Assembly: GCA_008933705.1 (NCBI GenBank)
Contig: WBUN01000013.1
Coordinates: 25,793-89,792, forward strand
Length of the DNA stretch: 64,000 bases
DNA from: Hyphomicrobiaceae bacterium
Lineage (GTDB): Bacteria; Pseudomonadota; Alphaproteobacteria; Rhizobiales; Hyphomicrobiaceae
Reading direction: 5' to 3'
Position 1 is the first letter of the stretch. Every line of letters starts with the position of its first letter. Made by a program: the position numbers and the translations under genes. Shown one piece after another: positions 8,057-17,499 of the stretch. The notes beneath the pieces are model-generated. The model was given only the letters and a program-made list of their open reading frames with translations, was not told the origin of the DNA and did not search any database.

Positions 8057-10576
8057 ATGGCCGCACCGGCACTCCGCGAGTACCACAGGAAGCGCAATTT
8101 CACCCGCACCAGGGAACCGCGCGGGACGCCGCGCCGCAGCGGCGGCAGCCTCTTCGTCGTGCACAAGCACGCCGCCCGGCGGCTGCACTACGATCTGCGG
8201 CTGGAGCTCGACGGCGTTCTGAAGAGCTGGGCCGTGACCAGGGGGCCGAGCCTCTCGCCCGACGACAAGCGTCTGGCTGTGCGTGTGGAGGACCATCCGC
8301 TGAGCTATGCCGAGTTCGAGGGCCGCATCCCCGAAGGCGAGTACGGCGCGGGCAGCGTCATCGTCTGGGATCGCGGGCGCTGGTCGACCGAAGGCGATCC
8401 GCATCAGCAGCTTGCCAAGGGGCACCTCACCTTCGAGCTGCAAGGCAGCAAGCTAAAGGGCCGCTGGCACCTCGTGCACATGAAGGCGCGTGAGCGGGCG
8501 GACAAGGAGAACTGGCTGCTGATCAAGGCCGACGACGAGTTCGCGCAAAGGTCGGCCAAGAGCAGTCTGCTGGAGGCCAGTCCCCGGTCGGTCAAGACGG
8601 GCCGCACCGTCGAGGACGTGGCGAGCAGCAAGGTGCGCGTCAGGCGCAAGGCGCGCGCCGCGCCTTACAAGAAGGACAACCCCGGCACCGCGGCGGCGAC
8701 GGCCGATGTGGGCGTGCGTGCCGGCCAAATCAGGGGCGCCCGCCGCCAACCGCTCCCCGCCTTCATCGAGCCGGCCCTCGCCACGCTGGTCGACGCGCCG
8801 CCGATGGGCGATCAATGGGTGCACGAGGTGAAGTTCGACGGATATCGCCTCATCGCGCGCATCGATCGCGGCCGCGTGCGACTGAAGACACGCAGCGGCC
8901 TCGACTGGACCGACAAGTTCCCCTCAGTGCAGAAGGCCCTGCAGGCGCTGCCCGCGGACGCCGCGCTCATCGACGGCGAGGTCGTGGTCGAGACCGAGGC
9001 CGGCGTGCCCGATTTCGCCTCCCTGCAGGCCGACCTCAGCGAAGGCCGCAGCGACCGCTTCCGCTACTACATGTTCGACCTGCTCCATCTTGACGGCTGG
9101 GATTTGACCGGCGCCGCGCTGCTCGACCGCAAAGGCGCCCTGGCGCATCTCATGCGCGGCCGCTCGGGTGACGTGCTCCGATGCAGCGAGCATTTCACCG
9201 GCAGGGGTGACGTCGTCCTCAAGCATGCCTGCCGTCTGGGCCTCGAAGGCATCGTCTCCAAGCTTGGGACAGCGCCCTATCGCACCGGCCGATCGAAAGC
9301 CTGGCTCAAATCCAAATGCACCGACAGCCAGGAGCTCGTCGTTGTGGGCTATGTGCCTTCGACCACGCAGCGCCGTGCGATCGGCTCGCTGGCGCTCGGC
9401 TACTACGACAAAGGCACGCTCATCTATGCCGGCCGGGTCGGCTCGGGATTCTCCTCCACCGTCGCCGAGCAGCTCTGGCAGAAGCTCGACGGACTGCGAG
9501 TCGCCGAGCCCGCGCTGGTCACGCCGCCGCCGGCCGAAGCACGGCGCAACGTGCGCTGGACCAAGCCGAACCTGGTCGCCGAGATCGAGTTTCGCGGATG
9601 GACGGCCGACAACATCGTACGGCATGCCGTGTTCAAGGGGCTGCGGCAGGACAAGCGGGCACCCGAGATCGTGCGCGAGGCCACGGCCATGACCAAAGCT
9701 CCGAGCGATGCCGGCCACAGTAGCAAGGCCCTTGCCGTCGCCCTGACGCATCCCGACCGCGTTCTGTGGCCCGATGCCGGCGTGACCAAGCAGGGGCTGG
9801 CCGAGTTCTATGCGCAGATCTGGCCGTGGATCGCGCCGTGGGTGATCGGCCGGCCGCTGGCCCTGTTGCGCTGTCCCGGCGGCATCGAGAGCGGCTGCTT
9901 CTTCCAGAAGCATGCATGGGCCGGCATCGCCGACAGCATCATCCGCGCCAAAGACCCCGAGGACGGTGAGGAGCTGCTTGCCATCCGCGATGTGGAGGGC
10001 CTGCTGGCCCTCACGCAGGCATCGGTGCTCGAGATTCACGTGTGGGGCGCCACGCTCGACAACATCGAGAAGCCGGACGGCATCACCTTCGATCTCGATC
10101 CTGCCCCCGAGGTAGCATGGGATGAGCTGGTCGACGCGGCTGCCGAGGTGCGCGACCGCCTGAAGGCGCGCGGGCTCGACAGCTTCGTCAAGACCACCGG
10201 CGGCAAGGGTCTTCACGTCTATGCGCCGCTCAAACCTCACGCCGATTGGAGCGCCGTCAAGACCTTCGCGCACGACCTGGCAAGGGCCATGGCCAAGGAC
10301 AGTCCCCGCAAGTTCCTGGCCACGGCATCGAAGGTGCAGCGCCGCGGCCGCATCTTCATCGACTACCTGCGCAACGGCCGCGGCGCCACAGCGGTTGCGC
10401 CCTACTCGACGCGCGCGCGCAGCGGCGCCACGGTTTCCACGCCGCTGGCCTGGAGCGAGCTGGGACCGGAGATGCGGCCCGATCGCTTCACCGTTGCCAA
10501 TCTGCTGCACCGCCTGTCCCGCGTGGACGACCCTTGGCAAGACGTGCGCAAGAAGGCGCGCCGCCTGCCGTCATAG
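8057..10576 (+). CDS. ligD: ATP-dependent DNA ligase D (phosphoesterase-ligase-polymerase)
   Basis: 839 aa. PE domain (FVVHKHAARRLHYDLRLE), ligase domain (VHEVKFDGYR lysine motif), and a C-terminal primase-polymerase domain (FDLDP, KTTGGKGLHV). Confidence 0.95.
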   Translation: MAAPALREYHRKRNFTRTREPRGTPRRSGGSLFVVHKHAARRLHYDLRLELDGVLKSWAVTRGPSLSPDDKRLAVRVEDHPLSYAEFEGRIPEGEYGAGSVIVWDRGRWSTEGDPHQQLAKGHLTFELQGSKLKGRWHLVHMKARERADKENWLLIKADDEFAQRSAKSSLLEASPRSVKTGRTVEDVASSKVRVRRKARAAPYKKDNPGTAAATADVGVRAGQIRGARRQPLPAFIEPALATLVDAPPMGDQWVHEVKFDGYRLIARIDRGRVRLKTRSGLDWTDKFPSVQKALQALPADAALIDGEVVVETEAGVPDFASLQADLSEGRSDRFRYYMFDLLHLDGWDLTGAALLDRKGALAHLMRGRSGDVLRCSEHFTGRGDVVLKHACRLGLEGIVSKLGTAPYRTGRSKAWLKSKCTDSQELVVVGYVPSTTQRRAIGSLALGYYDKGTLIYAGRVGSGFSSTVAEQLWQKLDGLRVAEPALVTPPPAEARRNVRWTKPNLVAEIEFRGWTADNIVRHAVFKGLRQDKRAPEIVREATAMTKAPSDAGHSSKALAVALTHPDRVLWPDAGVTKQGLAEFYAQIWPWIAPWVIGRPLALLRCPGGIESGCFFQKHAWAGIADSIIRAKDPEDGEELLAIRDVEGLLALTQASVLEIHVWGATLDNIEKPDGITFDLDPAPEVAWDELVDAAAEVRDRLKARGLDSFVKTTGGKGLHVYAPLKPHADWSAVKTFAHDLARAMAKDSPRKFLATASKVQRRGRIFIDYLRNGRGATAVAPYSTRARSGATVSTPLAWSELGPEMRPDRFTVANLLHRLSRVDDPWQDVRKKARRLPS

Positions 10577-10587
10577 GAATTTTTTGG

Positions 10588-10612
10588 GGAACCGCGGCCG
10601 CAGCCGGCGGTT
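10588..10612 (+). promoter_or_regulatory. EcfG-like box GGAAC-N16-GGTT upstream of KGG protein
   Basis: GGAAC 10588-10592, 16 nt, GGTT 10609-12, 48 nt before the ATG at 10660. Confidence 0.45.
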
Positions 10613-10659
10613 GACTCGTTGGGACGGCAACCACGTTCGCAAACGAGGAGATCGATTCG

Positions 10660-11007
10660 ATGGCTCGGGAGCGCACCGGCCAGAACCCTGGCACACCTCG
10701 TGGCTTCGCCTGCATGGATCAGGAAAAGCAGCGCGAGATCGCGCGCAAAGGCGGCGCCAATGTTCCACACGACAAGCGCAGCTTCGCGCAGGACCGCCTG
10801 CTGGCGGCCGAGGCCGGCCGAAAAGGCGGCCGCTCGGTGGCGCCGCAAGACCGCAGCTTCGCTCAAAACCGTGCCCTGGCGGCCGAAGCGGGGCGCAAGG
10901 GCGGACAGGCCTCTCAGAGCCGGCGCCTGCAGCGTACCGCGATGGGTCATCATCACGGCAATGACAACGGCAGCGGCAACGGCAGCAGCACGCATCGCCA
11001 GGAGTAG
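10660..11007 (+). CDS. KGG-repeat general stress protein
   Basis: Three repeats of the KGG motif (ARKGGANV, GRKGGRSV, GRKGGQAS) in FAQDR/FAQNR contexts. Confidence 0.85.
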   Translation: MARERTGQNPGTPRGFACMDQEKQREIARKGGANVPHDKRSFAQDRLLAAEAGRKGGRSVAPQDRSFAQNRALAAEAGRKGGQASQSRRLQRTAMGHHHGNDNGSGNGSSTHRQE

Positions 11008-11016
11008 TGCCCGACC

Positions 11017-11316
11017 ATGGCCAGCCCATCGAGCTTTGCTGCGGAGGCCGTCGCAAATCCCAAGCGATTCTATGACCGGCCGGGGCAGGTTCTGCTGGAT
11101 CGGCGCCTGAAGCGCCAGGAGAAGCTCGCGATCCTGGAAGCCTGGGAGCTCGAGGCACGCTCACTTGCGGTGGCGACCGAAGAGAACATGAGCGGCGGAG
11201 AGCCCGACATGCTGTCCGAGGTCGTGCAGGCGCGCATTGCGCTGGGCAAAGACACCCCACCCGACGACGGCGCCGCGGCGCCGACAAAGCACGGCGTGCG
11301 CAGACAGGAGCGGTAA
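11017..11316 (+). CDS. conserved hypothetical protein (99 aa)
   Basis: Good GC3. Follows the KGG gene by 9 nt, so co-transcription is likely. Confidence 0.6.
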   Translation: MASPSSFAAEAVANPKRFYDRPGQVLLDRRLKRQEKLAILEAWELEARSLAVATEENMSGGEPDMLSEVVQARIALGKDTPPDDGAAAPTKHGVRRQER

Positions 11317-11326
11317 GACGCCGGCG

Positions 11327-12112
11327 CTACGACTGGCCCTGCGCCGTCGTCCTTCCGAACGACAGATCGATGGGCATGCGGAGCTGCCAGCGCGCGGGTG
11401 CGGGCGTCTGCCCCACCATCGCGAGCTGATGGCGCCCGCTGTACATCAGCGTCCTGAAATGGCCGGCCTCCAGCTTCACGACCTGCGCGTTCGCAACATG
11501 CGCCTCGATGGCACGCACGAACGCGGTGCGCCGCCGCGGCGGCACGAACGGATCGCGGCGGCCCAGTACGAACACGCTGTCTGCCGCCACGCCGGCCAGG
11601 TTGTGCGCCGGATGATAGCCGAACATGGCCTTCGAGTAGTGCGCGAGCTGATAGCCCTTCTGCTGCGCCCGGCGCTTGACGATGCGCGCGGCCGGACTTT
11701 GCCACACCATGAAGTCGGCACGATCCGCCGGCGCCACCGCGCACAGCCGCGCGCCGATGCGATTGGCGAGATAGGTCGCTGCGAAGCTGCCGACGCTGAG
11801 CCCGATGATCACCGCATCGGCCGGCGCCACACCGCTTTGGGCCAGCACGGCTTCGGCATCGGCGACGAGACCGAGCATGGCCTGGACGCACAGCTCCGGC
11901 TCCGAGCTGACGATGGCCGGCGGCATCTCATAGGCGGCAAGGAAATCGAGCGGCACGAAGCCGGCCTGCCGCGCCACGCCCAGAGGCGTATTCCAAGGCA
12001 GGAAATAGATCACCTTCGACTGCGGATTGCCGTCGATGCGCCGGAACGCCAGCGTCCGATCGTCCGCGGGCACGCCGCGCTTGAGCAGGATGAGATCGAG
12101 CAGGTCCAGCAT
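11327..12112 (-). CDS. alpha/beta-hydrolase-fold protein
   Basis: GLSVG (GxSxG) nucleophile elbow. Start chosen at MLDLLDL; the ORF extends to 12184. Confidence 0.6.
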   Translation of the reverse strand: MLDLLDLILLKRGVPADDRTLAFRRIDGNPQSKVIYFLPWNTPLGVARQAGFVPLDFLAAYEMPPAIVSSEPELCVQAMLGLVADAEAVLAQSGVAPADAVIIGLSVGSFAATYLANRIGARLCAVAPADRADFMVWQSPAARIVKRRAQQKGYQLAHYSKAMFGYHPAHNLAGVAADSVFVLGRRDPFVPPRRRTAFVRAIEAHVANAQVVKLEAGHFRTLMYSGRHQLAMVGQTPAPARWQLRMPIDLSFGRTTAQGQS

Positions 12113-12173
12113 GGCAATCACAAAACTGTGTGAGCGAAGTGTATGTTCCAAAATTACTGCTGCAGCTAAGCAG

Positions 12174-12198
12174 GGAACAATCACGTTGCACTACCGTT
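12174..12198 (+). promoter_or_regulatory. perfect EcfG-type promoter GGAAC-N16-CGTT directly upstream of egtB
   Basis: GGAAC 12174-12178, 16 nt, CGTT 12195-12198. The egtB TTG start is at 12219. Confidence 0.65.
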
Positions 12199-12218
12199 GA
12201 ACCAAGAACGCGTGAGGA

Positions 12219-13520
12219 TTGCGAGGAAATGTGACGGCGTTAGTAAACCACGACGTTCCAACCACTTCCCCTTCAAGCCTCAGCAGACGCCTCGCCGAGA
12301 CGCGGCGGCTCTCGCTCGAGCTGGCCGCGCCCCTGAGCGCCGAGGATCAGGTCGTCCAGCCCATGGACGATGCGAGCCCGACCAAATGGCACCTGGCACA
12401 TACGACGTGGTTCTTCGAGACGTTCCTGTGCAGGCCTCACGTCGCCGGATATCGCGTGCTCGATGAGCGCTTTGCCTACTGCTTCAACTCCTATTACGAG
12501 GCCGCGGGGCCCAGGCATCCGCGTCCCAAGCGCGGACTGCTGACGCGGCCGAGCCTGGACGAGGTGTTGGAATACCGGGAGCATGTCGATGCTGCACTCG
12601 CGACGCTGCTCGAGCAAGGGATGCCTCTCAGCGATCCCGCGCTCCGCGGTCTGTTCGATCTCGGCATTAATCACGAGCAGCAACACCAGGAGCTGGTCCT
12701 GACGGATATTCTCGCGCTGTTCGCCGCCAACCCGCTGCGCCCCGTCTACAAGCCGGCGCAGCCGACCGCGGTGGGCGGTGAGATGCACGCCGCCCGCTGG
12801 CTGGAGTTTCCCGGCGGCATTCACGGCGTCGGGCACCGTGATGGCTCCTTCTGCTACGACAACGAATGCCCACGACACGAGGCGTTGCTGCGCGACTACC
12901 GGTTGGCCGACCGCCTCGTCACCAACCGCGAGTGGATGGAGTTCATGGCAGACGGCGGCTATACCACGCCGGCCCACTGGCTGGCCGATGGCTGGGCCGC
13001 TGTGAACGCCAATGGCTGGACGGCGCCCGGCTATTGGGAGGGCAAGGACGGCGACTGGCGGCAGATGACGCTCAGAGGACTTCTGCCCGTCGATCCCAAC
13101 GCGCCCGTCTGCCACGTCAGCTATTTCGAAGCTGATGCCTTCGCACGCTGGGCCGGCAAACGGCTGCCGACCGAGTTCGAGTGGGAAGCAAGCGCTGCCG
13201 GCATCCCCGTGCGCGGCAATACGCTGAGCTCAGGCGCGTTGCGGCCCATGCCTGCTCCTGCCGGAAGCGCCGACGGCCTTGTCCAGATGTTCGGCGACGT
13301 GTGGCAGTGGACGCAGAGCGCCTACAGCGCCTACCCGGGCTTCCGCGCCGGCCCGGGTGCCATCGGCGAATACAACGGCAAGTTCATGAACGGGCAGTAC
13401 GTGCTGCGCGGGGCGTCGTGCGCAACGCCGGAAGGGCATTCGCGCGCGACCTATCGCAACTTCTTCTATCCGCATCAGCGCTGGCAGTTCACCGGTCTTC
13501 GCCTGGCGGACGACGCATGA
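12219..13520 (+). CDS. egtB: ergothioneine biosynthesis sulfoxide synthase EgtB
   Basis: DinB-like N-domain (WHLAHTTWFFETF, INHEQQHQEL) plus an FGE-sulfatase-like C-domain (GDVWQWT). Its stop overlaps the egtD ATG (ATGA). Confidence 0.85.
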   Translation: MRGNVTALVNHDVPTTSPSSLSRRLAETRRLSLELAAPLSAEDQVVQPMDDASPTKWHLAHTTWFFETFLCRPHVAGYRVLDERFAYCFNSYYEAAGPRHPRPKRGLLTRPSLDEVLEYREHVDAALATLLEQGMPLSDPALRGLFDLGINHEQQHQELVLTDILALFAANPLRPVYKPAQPTAVGGEMHAARWLEFPGGIHGVGHRDGSFCYDNECPRHEALLRDYRLADRLVTNREWMEFMADGGYTTPAHWLADGWAAVNANGWTAPGYWEGKDGDWRQMTLRGLLPVDPNAPVCHVSYFEADAFARWAGKRLPTEFEWEASAAGIPVRGNTLSSGALRPMPAPAGSADGLVQMFGDVWQWTQSAYSAYPGFRAGPGAIGEYNGKFMNGQYVLRGASCATPEGHSRATYRNFFYPHQRWQFTGLRLADDA

Positions 13521-14497
13521 CGCGGCATGAGAGGAATATCCGCGCGCAGGCGGCGGCAAGTCATGCGGCGGGCGACTTCGCGTGCGAGGTGATCGCCGGC
13601 CTGTCGGCGTCGTACAAACGTCTGCCCTGCCGCTATTTCTACGACGCACCCGGAAGCCGGCTGTTCGAAGAGATCACGGCGCTCGACGAGTACTATCCGA
13701 CGCGCACCGAAACGGCGATCCTGCGCGCGCACGGGGCCGGCATGGCGAAATCGGCAGGTCGCGGGGCTGCGCTGATCGAGTTCGGCTCGGGCTCTAGCCG
13801 CAAGACGGAGCTGCTGCTGGCGGCTCTCGAAGCGCCCCGCGCCTATGTGCCCATCGATGTGTCGATCGCGGCGCTGGACGATGCGGTCGTGCGCCTCAGG
13901 AACCGCATGCCGCGTCTGAAAGTCATCCCCGTGCATGGTGATTTCTGCGAGGCTCTGGCGCTTCCGTCGGCGCTGCTCGACGGCGCCAGATTGGGCTTCT
14001 TCCCCGGCTCGACGATCGGCAATTTCGACCCCGCGTCCGCCGTACGGCTGCTGCGGCATTTCGGGGGCGTGCTCGGAGCCGGTGCGCGTTTCATCGTCGG
14101 CGTCGATCTGGAGAAGAATCCGCAACGGCTGATCGCCGCCTACAACGATGCCAAGGGCGTGACCGCGCAGTTCAACCTGAACCTGCTTGCGCGCATCAAC
14201 CGCGAGCTTGGCGGAGATTTCGATCTCTCCCGTTTCCGGCACGTCGCCATCTACGATCAGCAGCACAAGCGTATCGAGATGCATCTCGTCAGCCTTGGGA
14301 CGCAGAACGTGCGCGTGCTTGGCCACGTGTTCTCGTTCGCGCCGGGAGAGAGCATCCATACCGAGAACTCCTACAAGTATTCGATCGAACGCTTCCAGGC
14401 GCTGGCGGGAGAGGCCGGGTGGAGATCTTCGGAGGTGTGGCTCGATGCCCGCCGCGACTTCAGCGTGCACGAGCTGATCCTGCCGGGCGCTGCCTGA
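13517..14497 (+). CDS. egtD: L-histidine N-alpha-methyltransferase EgtD
   Basis: LPCRYFYDAPGSRLFEEITALDEYYPTRTE and IEFGSGSSRKT SAM-binding motifs characteristic of EgtD. Confidence 0.85.
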   Translation: MTRHERNIRAQAAASHAAGDFACEVIAGLSASYKRLPCRYFYDAPGSRLFEEITALDEYYPTRTETAILRAHGAGMAKSAGRGAALIEFGSGSSRKTELLLAALEAPRAYVPIDVSIAALDDAVVRLRNRMPRLKVIPVHGDFCEALALPSALLDGARLGFFPGSTIGNFDPASAVRLLRHFGGVLGAGARFIVGVDLEKNPQRLIAAYNDAKGVTAQFNLNLLARINRELGGDFDLSRFRHVAIYDQQHKRIEMHLVSLGTQNVRVLGHVFSFAPGESIHTENSYKYSIERFQALAGEAGWRSSEVWLDARRDFSVHELILPGAA

Positions 14498-14515
14498 CCG
14501 GCAAATCGTGAACAG

Positions 14516-15886
14516 CTAGCTCTTGGCGAACGGATTGTCGCCTTTGCGCAGCTTGAAGCGCAGCGGTACGCCGGCAAGCCCAAATGTGTCACGCAGGCTG
14601 TTGGCGAGATAGCGCAGGTAGGCCTTGGGCAGTGCGTCCGGCCGCGAGCAGAAGGCTATGAACGTCGGCGGCCGCGACGACGGCTGGGTCATGAAACGGA
14701 TCTTGATGCGGCGGCCCTTCGCGGCGGGCGGTGCGTGCCGCTCAAGCGCCTCGTGGAGCCAGCGGTTGAGGTCGGGCGTCGACACCCGGCGGTTCCAGAT
14801 GTCGTAGCTGTCGAGCACGGCTTGCATCAGCTTGTCGAGGCCGCGCCCGGCGATCGCCGAGATGGCAACGAGCGGCACGTCGGGCAGCTGCGCCAGGCGC
14901 TCCTCCAGCGTCTCGCGCAGCTCCTTGAGCTTCCTTTGCTTGTCCTGCACAAGGTCCCACTTGTTGACCGCGACGACGAGGGCGCGGCCTTCCTCCTCCA
15001 CCAGATCGCCGATGGTGAGATCCTGATGCTCGAGCGGCCGCTCGGCATCGATGACCAGCACCACGACCTCGGCAAAGCGGATGGCGCGCACGGCATCGCC
15101 GGCGGCAAGCTTCTCGGCCGTCTCGAAGATGCGCGCCTTGCGCCTGAGACCGGCGGTGTCGAACAGGCGCACCGGCCGCCCCTGCCAGACGAAGTCGGTG
15201 GCGATGGCATCCCGCGTCAGGCCGGGCTCCGGCCCGGTGATCATGCGTTCCTCGCCGATCAATGCGTTCACCAAGGTGGACTTGCCGGCGTTCGGGCGCC
15301 CGACGATGGCGATGCGGATCGGCTGCGCTTCCCGCACGGGCGCTTCAGGCTCGGGGCTGTCGCTGTCCTTTCGCCGCTTCTTCGCGGCTTCGAGCCCGAC
15401 GGCCGCCAGCATGGTGTCCGCCAGCTCACCGATACCCTCGCCGTGCTCGGCGGAGATGGCGATCGGCTCCCCGAAGCCGAGCTGGAACGCCTCGTAGAAG
15501 CCGCTCGCTGCTGCACGGCCCTCGCACTTGTTGGCGACGAGGATCACCGGCACGCCGGAAGCGCGCACCACGCGCGCGAAGGCGGCGTCCGCCGGCACGA
15601 CACCGTCGCGCGCATCGATGACGAACAGGACGAGGTCGGCCCGGCGCAGCGCGGCCTCGCTCTGGGCGCGCATGCGGGCGGCGATCGACCCCGGCGCCGC
15701 CTCCTCCAGACCCGCCGTATCGACGATCTTGAGCTTGTGCCCGCCGATCTCGGCCTCGCCCTCGCGACGGTCGCGCGTCAGGCCCGGCACGTCCGAGACC
15801 AGCGCCGTGCGCTTGCCGGTCAGGCGATTGAAAAGGGTCGACTTGCCGACATTCGGCCGGCCGACGATGGCGATGGTGGGCGGCAT
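14516..15886 (-). CDS. der: ribosome-associated GTPase Der/EngA
   Basis: Two GTPase domains (GRPNVGKSTL and GRPNAGKSTL, DTAGL twice, NKCE/NKWD) plus a KH-like C-terminus. Start at MPPTIAIVG. Confidence 0.93.
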   Translation of the reverse strand: MPPTIAIVGRPNVGKSTLFNRLTGKRTALVSDVPGLTRDRREGEAEIGGHKLKIVDTAGLEEAAPGSIAARMRAQSEAALRRADLVLFVIDARDGVVPADAAFARVVRASGVPVILVANKCEGRAAASGFYEAFQLGFGEPIAISAEHGEGIGELADTMLAAVGLEAAKKRRKDSDSPEPEAPVREAQPIRIAIVGRPNAGKSTLVNALIGEERMITGPEPGLTRDAIATDFVWQGRPVRLFDTAGLRRKARIFETAEKLAAGDAVRAIRFAEVVVLVIDAERPLEHQDLTIGDLVEEEGRALVVAVNKWDLVQDKQRKLKELRETLEERLAQLPDVPLVAISAIAGRGLDKLMQAVLDSYDIWNRRVSTPDLNRWLHEALERHAPPAAKGRRIKIRFMTQPSSRPPTFIAFCSRPDALPKAYLRYLANSLRDTFGLAGVPLRFKLRKGDNPFAKS

Positions 15887-16092
15887 GGGTGCTCGCGGTG
15901 GATCGGGCTCGAGAGCCGAGCGCTGGAGCGAGATCGTTCTTGATTGAAGCGGCTCGCCTCCAATCAAGAACGTGAATCTCACTCCAAGACCAGGAAGACA
16001 GAGCAGGATTCACGCTTCAGCCGCACCGTTGCTCGTGCGGCGGCGTGATACCATTTGAAGGGATCCTGCTCCAGCGCGAATTGCGCCTGAGT

Positions 16093-17499
16093 TCAATTGA
16101 GCGCGATCAGCTTGGCTTTGTCGGTGAGCACATACATGCGCGAGCCGGCCACGATCGGCGCGATCAGCACCGGCTGGCCGAGATCCTGGCTCGTCTCCAC
16201 CTTTCCGGTGACGGCGTCGACGCCAACAAGGTGCCCCTTGTTGGAGGCAAGCCAGAGCCTGTTGCCGGCAAGCACAGGGCCGGACCAGGTGGAGGAGCCC
16301 GTGAGCTTGGTGGTCCACTGGACCTTGCCGTCGCGCCGCGTAATGGCCATCAGCTGACCGCTTGTGTCGACCACGAACACGGATTCTCCGGCAACCCACG
16401 GCGCCTGGATGCTCGGAACCGTGAGAGACCAGAGCCGCTCGCCCGTCTTCTGCTGGGTCGCGACGATGCGCCCGGCATGGCCGACCGCGAACACGACACC
16501 GCTGTCGATGGCCGGCCGCGCCGCATCGCTCATGGAGGCGAGCGACGACGCCGTGCGCGTGCGCGCCAGCGATTCGGACCAGACCGGCTGACCGTTCGAG
16601 ATCCTGAGCGCCACCACCTCTCCGGTCGCAAACGGGAATACGGCAACATCACCGTCGACCGCCGGGCTGGCATTGGAGAGGATGCTGGCCCGCTCCGGTA
16701 TGCCGCGGAAATTCCACAGCTCGGCGCCATCGGAGCCGGACAGGCAATAGGCCTGGCCATCCTTGGTGACGACAAACACGCGCTCGCCGTGGGCGGTGGG
16801 CGAGGTGCGGATCGGCGAGCCCAGGTACTTCTCCCACAGCTTCTTGCCGCTCGCCGGGTCGAGCGCCACCACGTAGCCGAACCCCGTCGCGGCGTAGACG
16901 CGTCCGCCGTCGGCAGCCAGGCCGCCGCCGAAGCCTTCGTGATCCTTTTCGTTGGGAGGCGTCGTCGACACGCGCCAGACGGCCGATCCGCCCGAGGTGT
17001 TGAAGGCGCTGACCTTGCCTGCCGCGTCGAGCGTGAACACCTTGTTGGCGTACACGATCGGGCTTGCCGTCAGCTTGCCGTAGAAGCTGGAGCCGGAGCC
17101 GGCATCGGCCGTCCAAACCGGTTTGACGGAGCTGCCGAGCGCCAGATGCCCCAGGACGTTGGTCGGCCCGCCTCCCGGCTGGCTCCACTCGTCGTTCTGC
17201 CTCGGCGGCGGCAGGCTGATGGGCTTGTCCGCGCTGGCCAGGTTGCTGGCGATGTTCTCCTGCTGCTGCATCACCGACACGCGCTTGCCGGGCAGTGGCG
17301 CCTCTTTCTCGGCAAACGGGTTGAGATCCTGGATCTTCGGCAAGCTGGGCAGGCTCATGCCGGCGAGGCTGTCGGCGCAACCCGATAACGCGACGGCACA
17401 GAGCAACGCAACGCCAGCAGCGCCAAGCCGCCTGCTGCGATCGCTTTCCCTGCCCGTCATTCCGCTCCCCTCGCCTCGGCTTGCTGTGTGACGCCTCAC
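16093..17499 (-). CDS. bamB: outer membrane assembly lipoprotein BamB (PQQ-like beta-propeller)
   Basis: Lipobox LLCAVALSGC and repeated beta-propeller blades. The GTG at 17499 overlaps the upstream stop; an alternative ATG is at 17460. Confidence 0.8.
   Translation of the reverse strand: MRRHTASRGEGSGMTGRESDRSRRLGAAGVALLCAVALSGCADSLAGMSLPSLPKIQDLNPFAEKEAPLPGKRVSVMQQQENIASNLASADKPISLPPPRQNDEWSQPGGGPTNVLGHLALGSSVKPVWTADAGSGSSFYGKLTASPIVYANKVFTLDAAGKVSAFNTSGGSAVWRVSTTPPNEKDHEGFGGGLAADGGRVYAATGFGYVVALDPASGKKLWEKYLGSPIRTSPTAHGERVFVVTKDGQAYCLSGSDGAELWNFRGIPERASILSNASPAVDGDVAVFPFATGEVVALRISNGQPVWSESLARTRTASSLASMSDAARPAIDSGVVFAVGHAGRIVATQQKTGERLWSLTVPSIQAPWVAGESVFVVDTSGQLMAITRRDGKVQWTTKLTGSSTWSGPVLAGNRLWLASNKGHLVGVDAVTGKVETSQDLGQPVLIAPIVAGSRMYVLTDKAKLIALN

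Noticed and set aside
8924-10540. 538-aa minus-strand ORF opposite ligD; similar shadows at 7039-8166, 12273-13115, 13475-14470, 14735-15943, 16045-17388, 19702-20970
   Set aside because: The opposite strand encodes well-recognised proteins (LigD, Ku, EgtB, EgtD, Der, BamB and others). These are antisense shadows.
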